Positions 17,801 to 27,125 of a stretch of 52,398 nucleotides of DNA are shown piece by piece. Origin of the DNA: Clostridiales bacterium (GTDB taxonomy: Bacteria; Bacillota; Clostridia; Oscillospirales; CAG-272). The DNA lies in the NCBI GenBank assembly GCA_004554105.1, contig SFNW01000001.1:1-52398 (forward strand), given 5' to 3'. The translations under genes and the position numbers were made by a program. The notes under the pieces were generated by a model that was not told the DNA's origin, searched no databases, and saw nothing but the letters and a program-made list of their open reading frames with translations. How positions within the stretch are numbered: position 1 is the stretch's first letter; every line of letters begins with the position of its first letter.

Positions 17801-18483
17801 TTCTCGCCGAGAAGAACTACCTCTCCAAGAAGTCGATTTGGATCTTCGGCGGCGACGGCTGGGCATACGACATCGGCTTCGGCGGTCTTGACCACGTCAT
17901 CGCTTCGGGCGAGAACGTCAACATCATGGTCTTCGACACCGAGGTTTACTCCAACACCGGCGGACAGGCGTCCAAGGCGTCCAACATCGGTCAGGTCGCG
18001 CAGTTCGCGGCAGCAGGTAAGGCAATCGGCAAGAAGAACCTCGCCGAGATTGCCATGTCCTACGGCTACGTTTATGTCGCACAGATCGCTATGGGCGCGG
18101 ATATGAACCAGACGCTCAAGGCACTGACCGAAGCAGAAGCCTACAACGGTCCTTCGCTCATCATCGGCTACGCGCCCTGCGAGATGCACGGCATTAAGGG
18201 CACGATGGCAAACTGCCAGCTCGAGATGAAGAGAGCGGTTGAAGCCGGCTACTGGCAGATGTTCCGCTACAACCCGACGCTCAAGGCAAAGGGTCAGAAC
18301 CCGCTGACGGTGGACTCCAAGGCGCCCACCGCGTCCTACCGTGACTTTATCACGAGCGAGACGCGCTACAGCCGCCTGGCACAGCAGTTCCCCGAGAGAG
18401 CGGAAGTCCTCTTCGCAAAGGCAGAGGAAGCCGCAAAGGCAAAGTACGAAAGACTTGTCAAGTACGGCGAGCTCTTCAACTAA
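14893..18483 (+). CDS. nifJ: Pyruvate:ferredoxin (flavodoxin) oxidoreductase
   Basis: 1196-aa single-chain PFOR. It has two ferredoxin-type clusters (CIQCNSCAFVCPHAAIRP and CMGCTLCVKACP) and a TPP domain (GGDGWAYDIGFGGLDH). Confidence 0.97.
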   Translation: MARQKLSMDGNTAAAHVSYAFTEVAGIYPITPSSPMADYVDQWSASGKNILGKPALNIFGTPVKVMEMQSEAGAAGTVHGSLAAGAMTTTYTASQGLLLMIPNMYKIAGELLPCVFHVSARCVASHALNIFGDHSDVYACRQTGFAMLAETNPQEVMDLSAVAHLATIKGRVPFLNFFDGFRTSHEIQKIEVWDFDDLKELTDMDAVAAFRARSINPEHPVLRGSAENGDIFFQHREACNKYYEALPAIVEEYMDKVNAKIGTDYKLFNYYGAPDADRVIVAMGSVCDVAEEVIDYLTAKGEKVGLVKVRLYRPFCADRLAAALPKTVKKIAVLDRTKEPGSLGEPLYLDVVAALEREGVKAQVVGGRYGLGSKDTTPASIFAVYDNLAKEQPKGDFTIGIVDDVTGHSLEEKPAPNTAPEGTISCKFWGLGGDGTVGANKNSIKIIGDHTDKYIQAYFQYDSKKTGGVTISHLRFGDKPIKSPYYINKANFVACHNSSYILKGYKIVEDVIPGGTFMLDCQWTPEELDAHLPASVKSYIAKNNIKFYIINATSIAAKDIGNAKVKNTVLQSAFFALANILPKDEAVEYMKKMAYKSYIKKGQAMVDLNYKAIEAGANAMVEVKVPEAWKTIEVKPVESAVTGTRPELVKFVKEVVEPVSKMDGDSLPVSAFMDYVDGTLPQGAAAYEKRGVAVNVPVWHPENCIQCNSCAFVCPHAAIRPFAMTEEEAAKAPAQTKFTEKPVAKTPYKFTMAISPMDCMGCTLCVKACPVSNKALANNTPEKVAIEMTSQSSQLDQQAPFDYAVANVAEKPELINTTIKGSQFKQPLLEFSGSCAGCAETSYARLITQLFGERMYISNATGCSSIWGGSAPATPYTVNRESGRGPAWANSLFEDNAEHGLGMALGQKAIRTKLIDLVRELAEKTTDEAKKAAAEKYLETVDDGPKNEVATKELVALLEADPCCDLAKQILAEKNYLSKKSIWIFGGDGWAYDIGFGGLDHVIASGENVNIMVFDTEVYSNTGGQASKASNIGQVAQFAAAGKAIGKKNLAEIAMSYGYVYVAQIAMGADMNQTLKALTEAEAYNGPSLIIGYAPCEMHGIKGTMANCQLEMKRAVEAGYWQMFRYNPTLKAKGQNPLTVDSKAPTASYRDFITSETRYSRLAQQFPERAEVLFAKAEEAAKAKYERLVKYGELFN

Positions 18484-18494
18484 GCAAATACGCA

Positions 18495-18530
18495 AAACCC
18501 CGCAAGGCAAATGCCTTGCGGGGTTTTTTG
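18495..18530 (+). terminator. Rho-independent terminator after nifJ
   Basis: aaaaccccgcaaggca-aat-gccttgcggggtttttt. Confidence 0.85.
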
Positions 18531-18559
18531 CGTGCGCGGCGCAAGCCGAATAAAATTTC

Positions 18560-18607
18560 TTGGCAGCGGGGACGGTGTGCCGTATAATGTATTTGTATCT
18601 GATACAA
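18560..18607 (+). promoter_or_regulatory. Promoter (TTGGCA-17-TATAAT) plus perfect inverted repeat TTGTATC-T-GATACAA upstream of the Rrf2 remnant
   Basis: Hexamers lie at 18560-18565 and 18583-18588. The palindrome lies at 18593-18607, just downstream of the -10. Confidence 0.55.
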
Positions 18608-18657
18608 GCACAACATAGAAAATATTACACCGCGCTTTGACGAAACAAGGAGGAAAA

Positions 18658-18897
18658 ATGGATACAAAGTTTTCGGTCGCTGTCCATGTGCTGATTCTGA
18701 TTTCGGCGTCTCCGAATCCGATAAACTCCGACCAAATGGCAGAGAGCGTCGGCACGAATGCCGGCTATATCCGCAAAATACCGGCGCTTTTGAAAAAGGC
18801 GAGAATTGTTGACAGCCCCAGGGGGATCGGCGGTTACAGTCTGTCTGTCGCGCCGGAACAGCTTACGCTGCTTCAGGTCTATCAGGCGGTTACGGTA
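18658..18897 (+). pseudogene. YwnA-type Rrf2 family regulator, N-terminal wHTH only (C-terminal ~55 aa missing)
   Basis: The ATG follows AGGAGG. MDTKFSVAVHVLILISASPNPINSDQMAESVGTNAGYIRKIPALLKKARIVDSPRGIGGYSLSVAPEQLTLLQVYQAV resembles Rrf2 N-domains. The resemblance stops where the terminator hairpin at 18897 begins. The frame then runs with no stop until 19158, antisense to copA. Confidence 0.55.
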
Positions 18898-18943
18898 AAA
18901 CAGGCACCGATGCGCTGCAATGCGCCGTCGGTGCCTGTTTTTT
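18897..18943. terminator. Bidirectional terminator hairpin between the Rrf2 remnant and copA
   Basis: aaaacaggcaccga...tcggtgcctgtttttt. It lies 18 nt beyond the copA stop codon. Confidence 0.75.
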
Positions 18944-18960
18944 ATGCTGTATGGGGCGAT

Positions 18961-21489
18961 TTATCGAATATCGGTTACCCGATAGCCCTGATCGGCAACG
19001 GTCTGCTTCAGAACGTCATCAGAAATTTCTTTCTCCAGCGTTACAACGGCATTTCCGGTCTTGTGGCTGACTTCGGCTTTCTTCACGCCGTCAAGCGCTT
19101 CAAGTGCCTTTTTTGTGTGCATCTCGCAATGTCCGCACATCATACCTTCGATTTTTAATGTCTTCTCCATTGTTTTTGTCTCCTTTTCGGTTGTGATTTT
19201 TAATTTGTTTTTGAGTTTGTGATCCCGCCCCGAATCATACATTCTGAAGAAATTCAAGCGCAGTGCGTTGGTGACTACGCTGAAGCTGGACAAGCTCATT
19301 GCCGCCGCAGCAAACATGGGATTTAACTGCCAGCCGAGCACACCGATAAATACGCCGGCTGCCAAAGGAATACCGATAATGTTATAGATAAACGCCCAAA
19401 ACAGATTTTCGTGAATGTTGCGCAGCGTTGCGCGGCTCAAGCGGATTGCCGCAGGAACGTCGGACAGGCGGCTTTTCATCAGCACCACGTCCGCCGCGTC
19501 AATCGCGACATCTGCGCCCGCACCGATGGCAATGCCGATATCGGCGCTTGTCAGCGCCGGAGCATCATTGACGCCGTCGCCGACCATGACGACGGTTCCT
19601 TTTTGCCGTAGCGCACGGATTACGCTTTCCTTGCCGTCGGGGAGCACACCGGCAATGACTTCGTCGACGCCCGCCTTTGCGCCGATGGCTTTCGCTGTGC
19701 GCTCGTTATCGCCTGTCAGCATCACCACATGAATGCCCATGTTCTGCATTTCTTTGATCGCCTGCGGGCTGTCCGCTTTGATCATATCCGCGACGGCGAT
19801 AATCCCGCAAAGCGTTCCGCCGCGGGTAAAGAACAGCGGCGTTTTTCCTTCTTCCGAGAGCCGCTCGGATTTTGCTTTTATTTCATCGGGTACGGGGACT
19901 TGCTCGCTGATAAATTTATAGCTGCCGCCAAGCAGGACCGCACCGTCAAGAGAAGCGGTAAGCCCATTGCCCGGCAAGGCTTTGAACTGCTCTGTCTCAC
20001 CGGCTGTCAGACCCTCCTGCTCCGCCCTTTCATTGATCGCCCGCGCTAGCGGGTGCTCGCTTTTCTTCTCGAGCGCATAGGCGACAGACAAAAGCGCCTG
20101 TTCGCTGCTGCCGTTTACCGGAACCATATCCGTGACGCTCGGTTTTCCCTGCGTTATCGTCCCGGTCTTATCGAGCGCTACAATCTGCGTTTTCCCCGTT
20201 TTTTCCAGAGATACCGCCGTCTTGAAGAGAATGCCGTTCTTTGCGCCCATTCCGTTGCCGACCATAATCGCTACGGGCGTGGCAAGACCAAGCGCACAGG
20301 GACAGCTGATCACCAATACCGATATGCCCCTCGCCAAAGCAAAGCCCACTGTCTGACCGGCAATCAGCCATGCCGAAACGGTGATCACCGCAAGGGCAAT
20401 AACGACAGGGACAAATACACCCGACACCTTATCTGCAACCTTGGCAATCGGCGCTTTTGTTGCAGCCGCATCGCCGACCATCTGAATAATCTGCGCGAGC
20501 GTGGTGTCCTCGCCGACTCTTGTCGCTTCGCAGCGGATAAATCCCGACCGATTCAGCGTTCCGGCGGAAACCGTGCTTCCCTCTGTTTTGTCTACCGGAA
20601 TGCTCTCCCCCGTCAGGGTAGATTCGTCCACTGCGCTGTTTCCCTCCAAAACGATTCCGTCCACGGGGATATTTTCACCCGGACGCACGACAAAGACATC
20701 CCCCTTTGCCACCTGTTCAATCGGCAGGGTGATTTCGGCACCGTCCCGAACGAGCGTGGCAGTCTTGGGCGCCAGCTTCATCAGCCCCTTCAGCGCGTCG
20801 GTGGTTTTGCCTTTTGAGCGTGCCTCCAGCATTTTTCCGAGGGTAATCAGCGCAAGAATCATGGCGGCGGATTCAAAGTAAAACTCATGCATATAGGACA
20901 TTACGGCATCTGCATTGCCCTTAACCTGGGCGTCCGTCATGGCAAACAGGGCAAAGGTGCTGTAAACAAAGGCGGCGGCAGACCCCAGCGCAACCAATGC
21001 GTCCATATTCGGCGCACGGTGCCACAGGCTCTTGAAGCCGCTGATGAAAAACTTCTGATTGATAACCATGATTGCAACCGTCAGCAAGAGCTGCAAAAGT
21101 CCCATTGCCACATGGTTGCCGTTAAAGAACGGCGGCAGCGGCCAGCCCCACATCATGTGCCCCATAGAAACATACATCAGCACGAGCAAAAAGCCGAGCG
21201 ACGCAATCAGCCGCTTTTTCAGCAAGGGCGTTTCTCTGTCCTTCAGCGCGTCCTCGTCGGAAGACGACGGTCTGCCTTGCTCTTTATTTCCTTTTTTCGG
21301 GGCGGCGCCGTAACCTGCGTCACGAACCGCCGCTATAATCGCCTCGGTAGAGGCAGTTCCCTCCACGCCCATGGAATTGGTCAGCAGGCTGACCGAGCAG
21401 GAAGTTACGCCTTTCACGCCCGATACCGCTTTTTCCACCCGGGCGCTGCAGGCGGCGCAGCTCATACCGGTTACTGTATATTTCTCCAT
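18961..21489 (-). CDS. copA: Copper-translocating P1B-type ATPase with one N-terminal and one C-terminal heavy-metal-associated domain
   Basis: N-terminal HMA (GMSCAACSARVE), TM CPC motif (SCPCALGLATP), DKTGT, GDGVNDAP, and a C-terminal HMA (MEKTLKIEGMMCGHCEMHTKKALE). 842 aa. Confidence 0.95.
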   Translation of the reverse strand: MEKYTVTGMSCAACSARVEKAVSGVKGVTSCSVSLLTNSMGVEGTASTEAIIAAVRDAGYGAAPKKGNKEQGRPSSSDEDALKDRETPLLKKRLIASLGFLLVLMYVSMGHMMWGWPLPPFFNGNHVAMGLLQLLLTVAIMVINQKFFISGFKSLWHRAPNMDALVALGSAAAFVYSTFALFAMTDAQVKGNADAVMSYMHEFYFESAAMILALITLGKMLEARSKGKTTDALKGLMKLAPKTATLVRDGAEITLPIEQVAKGDVFVVRPGENIPVDGIVLEGNSAVDESTLTGESIPVDKTEGSTVSAGTLNRSGFIRCEATRVGEDTTLAQIIQMVGDAAATKAPIAKVADKVSGVFVPVVIALAVITVSAWLIAGQTVGFALARGISVLVISCPCALGLATPVAIMVGNGMGAKNGILFKTAVSLEKTGKTQIVALDKTGTITQGKPSVTDMVPVNGSSEQALLSVAYALEKKSEHPLARAINERAEQEGLTAGETEQFKALPGNGLTASLDGAVLLGGSYKFISEQVPVPDEIKAKSERLSEEGKTPLFFTRGGTLCGIIAVADMIKADSPQAIKEMQNMGIHVVMLTGDNERTAKAIGAKAGVDEVIAGVLPDGKESVIRALRQKGTVVMVGDGVNDAPALTSADIGIAIGAGADVAIDAADVVLMKSRLSDVPAAIRLSRATLRNIHENLFWAFIYNIIGIPLAAGVFIGVLGWQLNPMFAAAAMSLSSFSVVTNALRLNFFRMYDSGRDHKLKNKLKITTEKETKTMEKTLKIEGMMCGHCEMHTKKALEALDGVKKAEVSHKTGNAVVTLEKEISDDVLKQTVADQGYRVTDIR

Positions 21490-21509
21490 TCTTGATTTGC
21501 AATCTCCTT

Positions 21510-21818
21510 TTATTTCATCAGTTTTTGCAGCGTTGCCACCAGCTCGTCAATCACTTCGTCCTTGCCGGCACGAATATCCCTGGCAATACAGCCCCGAATA
21601 TGACTTGCCAGCAGCTCCTTATTAAAAGCGTTGACCGCAGCGTTCACGGCGGCGGACTGGACCAGAATATCCGCACAGTAAGCATCTTTCTCGACCATTC
21701 CGCGAATCCCGCGAATCTGCCCTTCAATTCGATTCAGGCGGTGAATCAGTTTTTTGCGTTCTTCCGCCGAACGGTCTGTTGTTTTTCCGCAGCAACCGCA
21801 TTCTTCTTTATCCGACAT
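21510..21818 (-). CDS. csoR: CsoR-family metal-sensing transcriptional repressor
   Basis: The ATG at 21818 follows AGGGAGG. LIHRLNRIEGQIRGIRGMVEKDAYCADILVQSAAV...H...C is the CsoR/RcnR fold signature. The upstream part of the track ORF covers the operator and is not coding. Confidence 0.9.
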   Translation of the reverse strand: MSDKEECGCCGKTTDRSAEERKKLIHRLNRIEGQIRGIRGMVEKDAYCADILVQSAAVNAAVNAFNKELLASHIRGCIARDIRAGKDEVIDELVATLQKLMK

Positions 21819-21834
21819 TGTCACGCCTCCCTTT

Positions 21835-21884
21835 ATACCCCTCTGGGGTATTATGATTATATACCCCCACGCGGTATATGTCAA
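21835..21884 (-). promoter_or_regulatory. csoR-copA promoter (TTGACA-17-TATAAT) with two CsoR-type operators
   Basis: -35 at 21879-21884 and -10 at 21856-21861. A perfect inverted repeat ATACCCC-TCT-GGGGTAT lies at 21835-21851. A second repeat, ATATACC-N7-GGTATAT, lies at 21859-21879 across the spacer. Confidence 0.7.
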
Positions 21885-22040
21885 TAGGAAATCGAAAAAT
21901 TTGCGAATCGTTTATTATTATGTGAATTCCGCGTCAAGAGATACGCCGCAAGCGGCCGACCGACGGCATTTTCTGTGCCACCCCCGCAAATCACCCGCAG
22001 ATTGCGGCAATGCGGCTCTCGGGTGTCGTGCAGCGCCTTC

Positions 22041-22075
22041 AAAAAAGCAGAAAACCGCCTTTCGGCGGTTTTCTG
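22041..22075 (-). terminator. Rho-independent terminator after uvrA
   Basis: Minus-strand hairpin cagaaaaccgcc-gaaa-ggcggttttctg followed by CTTTTTT. Confidence 0.8.
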
Positions 22076-22114
22076 CCTCACGGCTTCACGATATACGCTT
22101 ACCGATTGCCTGTT

Positions 22115-24949
22115 TTACTGTTCAAACAGCTTCGTTCTTAAATATTTCCCCGTATACGACCCCTCGACTGCGGCAACCTCCTCGGGCGTCCCCTCGGCGA
22201 CAATTCTGCCGCCGCCCTCGCCGCCCTCGGGACCGAGGTCGATGATGTGGTCGGCGACCTTAATCATATCGAGGTTATGCTCAATGACAACGACCGTATT
22301 GCCCGCGTCGACCAGTCGGTCGAGGACGGTAATCAGTTTTGCGACGTCCTCGGCGTGCAGTCCCGTGGTCGGCTCGTCGAGAATGTAGATCGTCCTGCCG
22401 GTCGAGCGGCGCGCGAGCTCGGTCGCGAGCTTAACGCGCTGTGCCTCGCCGCCCGAAAGCGTGGTCGAGGACTGCCCGATTTTGATATAGCCAAGCCCGA
22501 CGTCGCAGAGCGTCTGCAGCTTCCGCTTGACCGAGGGAACGCCCGAGAAGAACTCGACGCCCTCCTCGACCGTCATCTCGAGCACCTCGTAAATGTTCTT
22601 GTCCTTATATTTAATTTCCAGTGTCTCACGGTTGTAGCGTCTGCCGCCGCAGACATCGCATTTGACGTAAACGTCGGGCAAAAAGTGCATCTCGATGCAC
22701 TTCACGCCGTCACCCTCGCACGCCTCGCAGCGTCCGCCCTTGGTGTTGAACGAGAAGCGCCCCGCCTTGTAGCCGCGCGCCTTCGCCTCGCGCGTCTTGG
22801 CGAACAGCTCGCGGATTTCGGAGAAGACGCCGGTATAGGTCGCGGGATTCGAGCGCGGCGTGCGCCCGATGGGGCTTTGGTCGATGCAAATCACCTTATC
22901 GAGCGCCCCCGTGCCGTCGATGCCGTCATGCTCGCCCGGGAAGGTCACCGCGCGGTTGAGCGTCGCCGCAAGGCTCTCGTACAGCACCGAGTTGACCAGC
23001 GACGACTTGCCGCTGCCCGAAACGCCGGTGACCGCGATGAATTTGCCGAGCGGGAAGGTGACGTCGATGTTCTTCAGATTGTGTTCGCGCGCACCGCGCA
23101 CGGTCAGAAACGCGCCGTTGCCCGCGCGCCGCGTCTTCGGCACGGGAATGCGGCGTCTGCCCGCAAGATAATCGCCGGTAATCGAATTTTTATTCTTCGC
23201 GACCTCCTTCGGCGTACCCGCCGCGCAGATATGCCCGCCGTGAATGCCCGCGCCGGGGCCGATGTCAACGAGATAATCGGCGGCGCGCATCGTGTCCTCG
23301 TCGTGTTCGACGACGACAACCGTATTGCCGAGGTCGCGCAGCTTTTTCAGCGTGGCAATCAGCTTGTCGTTGTCGCGCTGATGCAGACCGATGCTCGGCT
23401 CGTCGAGGATATAAAGCACGCCGACGAGCGAAGAGCCGATTTGCGTGGCAAGCCGAATGCGCTGCGCCTCGCCGCCCGAAAGCGTCCCCGCCTTACGCGC
23501 GAGATTGAGGTATTCCAGCCCGACGCTGCACAAAAAGCCGAGCCGCGCACGGATTTCCTTGACGATTTCGGACGCGATCTGCTTATGCTCGTTGTCGAGT
23601 TCGAGATTTGTGATAAAGTCGAGCATTTTGTCAATCGGCATCAGGCAAAGTTCGTAAATATTCACGCCGCCGACCGTGACCGCGAGCATCATTTTGTTCA
23701 GCCGCCCGCCGCCGCACTCGGGGCAAATCTGCTCCTCGAGCAGGCTCTCGTAGTAATCCAGCCCGTAGGACTCGCGGCGGCGATCAATCATCGGGATAAT
23801 GCCCTCAAACACAGCAGTCTGCCGATGCGCCGCGCCGCCGAAATAGCGCGTGACCGTGTAGGTCTCCCTGCCCGTGCCGTAGAGCAGCGCACTCATCGCG
23901 GTGCGCGTGAACTTTTCGAGCGGCATATCGAGCGTGAAGCCGAACTTTTTGCCGACCGCCTCAATCAGCGGTCCGTTCCAACTCTCCTCCTCGAGCGACT
24001 TGAAGCCGTTGCAGGCGATGCCGCCCTCGCGCAGCGACAAACTCTTGTCGGGCATGAGTTTTTTCTCGGACACGCGGGTCAGCGCGCCGAGTCCCGCGCA
24101 GCGCGGGCAGGCGCCGTCGGGGGCGTTGAACGAGAACATACGCGGCTCAAGCTCGCCGAAACTGATGCCGTGCTCCTCGCAGGCGTATTTGAGCGAATAG
24201 TCGCGCTCGGTCTCGGCTTCGTCCGCCTCGCGCGGCACCGTGACCACGCGCACAAGCCCGTCGGTCAGCGCGACGGCGGTCTCGACCGAGTCGCCGATGC
24301 GGGTATGCGCGTCTGGGCGGCTGACAAGACGGTCGACGACGATTTCTACCGTGTGCTTGAGATTTTTGTCGAGCGTGATCGTCTCGGACAGGTCGTAGAG
24401 ACTGCCGTCGACGCGCACGCGCGAATAGCCGCTGCGCCGCGCGTCGGAAAGCACCTTTTCATGCGTGCCCTTGGCGTTTCGCACGACCGGCGCAAGCACC
24501 ATGAAGCGCGTCCCCTCGGGCATGGACAAAATGCCGTCGATAATCGAATCGACCGTCTGCTGCTTGATTTCCCTGCCGCAAATCGGGCAGTGCGGCACAC
24601 CGCAGCGCGCGTAGAGCAGACGCAGATAGTCGTAGATTTCGGTCACCGTGCCGACTGTGGAACGCGGGTTCTTCGAGGTGGTCTTCTGGTCGATGGCGAT
24701 GGCGGGGGACAGCCCCTCGATGGAGTCGACGTCGGGCTTGTCCATCTGCCCGAGGAACTGCCGCGCGTAACTCGACAGCGACTCGACAAAGCGGCGGTGT
24801 CCCTCGGCGTAGAGCGTGTCAAACGCCAGCGACGACTTGCCGCTGCCCGAAAGTCCGGTCAGCACGGTCAGTTTGTCGCGCGGAATCGTCAAATCAATAT
24901 TTTTGAGATTGTTGACCCGCGCGCCCTTAATGATAATATCCTTTGCCAT
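22115..24949 (-). CDS. uvrA: Excinuclease ABC subunit A
   Basis: 944 aa. It has two ABC ATPase modules ([12 protein letters not shown] and [11 protein letters not shown]) and zinc-finger Cys pairs. Confidence 0.98.
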   Translation of the reverse strand: MAKDIIIKGARVNNLKNIDLTIPRDKLTVLTGLSGSGKSSLAFDTLYAEGHRRFVESLSSYARQFLGQMDKPDVDSIEGLSPAIAIDQKTTSKNPRSTVGTVTEIYDYLRLLYARCGVPHCPICGREIKQQTVDSIIDGILSMPEGTRFMVLAPVVRNAKGTHEKVLSDARRSGYSRVRVDGSLYDLSETITLDKNLKHTVEIVVDRLVSRPDAHTRIGDSVETAVALTDGLVRVVTVPREADEAETERDYSLKYACEEHGISFGELEPRMFSFNAPDGACPRCAGLGALTRVSEKKLMPDKSLSLREGGIACNGFKSLEEESWNGPLIEAVGKKFGFTLDMPLEKFTRTAMSALLYGTGRETYTVTRYFGGAAHRQTAVFEGIIPMIDRRRESYGLDYYESLLEEQICPECGGGRLNKMMLAVTVGGVNIYELCLMPIDKMLDFITNLELDNEHKQIASEIVKEIRARLGFLCSVGLEYLNLARKAGTLSGGEAQRIRLATQIGSSLVGVLYILDEPSIGLHQRDNDKLIATLKKLRDLGNTVVVVEHDEDTMRAADYLVDIGPGAGIHGGHICAAGTPKEVAKNKNSITGDYLAGRRRIPVPKTRRAGNGAFLTVRGAREHNLKNIDVTFPLGKFIAVTGVSGSGKSSLVNSVLYESLAATLNRAVTFPGEHDGIDGTGALDKVICIDQSPIGRTPRSNPATYTGVFSEIRELFAKTREAKARGYKAGRFSFNTKGGRCEACEGDGVKCIEMHFLPDVYVKCDVCGGRRYNRETLEIKYKDKNIYEVLEMTVEEGVEFFSGVPSVKRKLQTLCDVGLGYIKIGQSSTTLSGGEAQRVKLATELARRSTGRTIYILDEPTTGLHAEDVAKLITVLDRLVDAGNTVVVIEHNLDMIKVADHIIDLGPEGGEGGGRIVAEGTPEEVAAVEGSYTGKYLRTKLFEQ

Positions 24950-25011
24950 GGTTTTCTCCTGTTATGCTTCGGTTGGTCTGCCTTCCCTTAGAGAAGGCTT
25001 TCGGAAAGATG

Positions 25012-25060
25012 CCTCCCTCCCCGAGGGAGGTGTCACGGCAAAGCCGTGACGGAAGGAGTT
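25012..25060. repeat. Intergenic hairpin repeat, family B (copy 2)
   Basis: cctccctccccgagggaggtgtcacggcaaagccgtgacggaaggagtt, located between uvrB and uvrA. Confidence 0.8.
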
Positions 25061-25143
25061 TCACTCTCTGCAATACTCCCTCAGTCACCTTCGGTGACAG
25101 CTCCCTCAAAGAGGGAGCCTGTTTTGGCAATTCTTCGGCAGGC

Positions 25144-27111
25144 TTACAGTCCGCGCAGCTCGCGGATTTTATCGCGCAGATACGCCGCCTTTTCAAATTC
25201 GAGCTTGGCGGACGCGGCGCGCATTTCCTTGGTGTACTGTTCGATGAGGTTTTCGCGCTCGGTGCGCGTGAGCTTTTTCCGCTCTGCGGCGGCTTCCTTC
25301 TTGTTCTTGCCGCCGAGTGAAATGACGTCGCGGACTTCCTTTTTGATTGTCTTCGGCACGATGCCGTGCGCGACGTTGTACGCGTCCTGCAAGCCGCGGC
25401 GACGCTCGGTCTCCTCAATCGCGCCGCGCATCGAATCGGTAATTGTGTCGGCGTACATCACGACCTTGCCCGAGGCGTTGCGCGCCGCGCGCCCGATGGT
25501 CTGAATCAGCGAGGTCTCGCTGCGCAAAAAGCCCTCCTTGTCGGCGTCGAGAATCGCGACGAGCGACACCTCGGGAATGTCGAGCCCCTCGCGCAAGAGG
25601 TTAATGCCGACCAGCACGTCAAACACGCCGAGCCGCAGGTCGCGCACGATTTCCATGCGCTCCATCGTCTCGACATTGTGGTGAATGTACTTGACCTTGA
25701 TGCCGTTGGCGTCGAGGTAGCCGCTGAGGTCCTCCGCCATTTTCTTGGTCAGCGTGGTGACGAGCACGCGCTCGCCGCGCGCCGCGCGGGTGCGGATTTC
25801 GCCCATCAAATCGTCGACCTGCCCCTCAATCGGGCGCACTTCGACCAGCGGGTCGAGCAGTCCGGTCGGGCGAATGAGCTGCTCGACAATCTGCCCGCTG
25901 CGCGTGCGCTCGTATTCGCCGGGCGTGGCACTGACGTAAATGACCTGATTGATGCGCTTTTCAAACTCATCGAAAAAGAGCGGGCGGTTGTCGTAGGCAC
26001 TCGGCAGGCGGAAGCCGTACTCAACGAGGTTGGTCTTGCGCGCGCGGTCGCCGCCCGACATACCGCGCACCTGCGGCAGCGTGACGTGCGACTCGTCGAT
26101 GAACATTAAAAAGTCCTTCGGGAAGTAGTCGAGCAGCGTATAGGGCGTAGACCCCGCAGGGCGGCGCGACAGCACGCGCGAATAGTTTTCGACGCCCGAG
26201 CAGAAGCCGACCTCGCGCAGCATTTCGAGGTCATAGCGCGTGCGCTGTTCGATGCGCTGTGCCTCGATGAGCTTGCCCTGCGACTTGAAGAACTCGATGC
26301 GCTCCTCAAGTTCGTCCTCGATTTCCTTTAAGGCTTCCTCGCGCTTGTCGTCGGTGACGGCATAGTGCGTCGCGGGGAAGATGACCGTCACGTCGAGCGG
26401 GCGAAGCAGCTCGCCGGTCAGCACGTTGATTTCGCTCAGGCGGTCGATTTCGTCGCCGAAAAACTCGACGCGAACCGCCTTTTCGCTCTCCGAGGCGGGG
26501 AAAATTTCGACCGTGTCGCCGCGCACGCGGAATTTGCCGCGCTCAAAGCCGACGTCATTGCGCTCGTAGCCGATGGCGACAAGGCGGCGCAGCAGCTCCT
26601 CGCGCTCGAGCGGCAGACCGCGCCGCAGCACGATTTGCAGTTCCTGATACTCGGACGGGTCGCCCAAGCTGTAGATGCAGGACACGCTGGCGACAATAAT
26701 CACGTCGCGCCGCTCAAACAGCGCACTGGTCGCGCTGTGGCGGAGCTTGTCGATCTCGTCGTTGATCATCGCGTCCTTTTCGATATAGATATCCTTGCCC
26801 GGGATATACGCCTCGGGCTGATAATAGTCATAGTAGGAAACAAAATATTCGACCGCGTTATTCGGGAAAAACTCGCGGAACTCGGTGCAGAGCTGCGCGG
26901 CAAGCGTCTTGTTGTGCGCAAGCACAAGCGTCGGACGGTTGACGTTGGCGATGATGTTCGCCATCGTAAAGGTCTTGCCCGAGCCGGTGACGCCGAGCAG
27001 CGTCTGCTCGGACAGCCCCGCCTCGACGCCCGCGGTCAGCTTATCTATCGCGTCCGGCTGATCGCCGGTCGGCTTGTACGCCGAATGCAGTTCAAATTTG
27101 TTCTTCTGCAT
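25144..27111 (-). CDS. uvrB: Excinuclease ABC subunit B
   Basis: 655 aa. It has [16 protein letters not shown], and the C-terminal UVR domain [17 protein letters not shown]. Confidence 0.98.
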   Translation of the reverse strand: MQKNKFELHSAYKPTGDQPDAIDKLTAGVEAGLSEQTLLGVTGSGKTFTMANIIANVNRPTLVLAHNKTLAAQLCTEFREFFPNNAVEYFVSYYDYYQPEAYIPGKDIYIEKDAMINDEIDKLRHSATSALFERRDVIIVASVSCIYSLGDPSEYQELQIVLRRGLPLEREELLRRLVAIGYERNDVGFERGKFRVRGDTVEIFPASESEKAVRVEFFGDEIDRLSEINVLTGELLRPLDVTVIFPATHYAVTDDKREEALKEIEDELEERIEFFKSQGKLIEAQRIEQRTRYDLEMLREVGFCSGVENYSRVLSRRPAGSTPYTLLDYFPKDFLMFIDESHVTLPQVRGMSGGDRARKTNLVEYGFRLPSAYDNRPLFFDEFEKRINQVIYVSATPGEYERTRSGQIVEQLIRPTGLLDPLVEVRPIEGQVDDLMGEIRTRAARGERVLVTTLTKKMAEDLSGYLDANGIKVKYIHHNVETMERMEIVRDLRLGVFDVLVGINLLREGLDIPEVSLVAILDADKEGFLRSETSLIQTIGRAARNASGKVVMYADTITDSMRGAIEETERRRGLQDAYNVAHGIVPKTIKKEVRDVISLGGKNKKEAAAERKKLTRTERENLIEQYTKEMRAASAKLEFEKAAYLRDKIRELRGL

Positions 27112-27125
27112 ACAGGCTTCTCCCT

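Noticed and set aside
14854-18510. 1218-aa minus-strand ORF
   Set aside because: It is exactly antisense to the unmistakable PFOR gene. Its composition is low-complexity and rich in Arg, Leu, Val, Gly and Asp.
18898-19158. C-terminal ~85 residues of track ORF 18637..19158
   Set aside because: This segment has no Rrf2 similarity, it crosses a terminator hairpin, and it lies antisense to the copA C-terminal HMA domain. It is read-through of a truncated gene rather than real coding sequence.
22247-24991. 914-aa plus-strand ORF
   Set aside because: It is antisense to uvrA. The same reasoning applies to 25366..26109, 26365..27162, 29390..30472, 31784..33136, 35204..36466, 38533..39648, 41500..43341, 44674..45837, 46974..48056 and 48392..51937.
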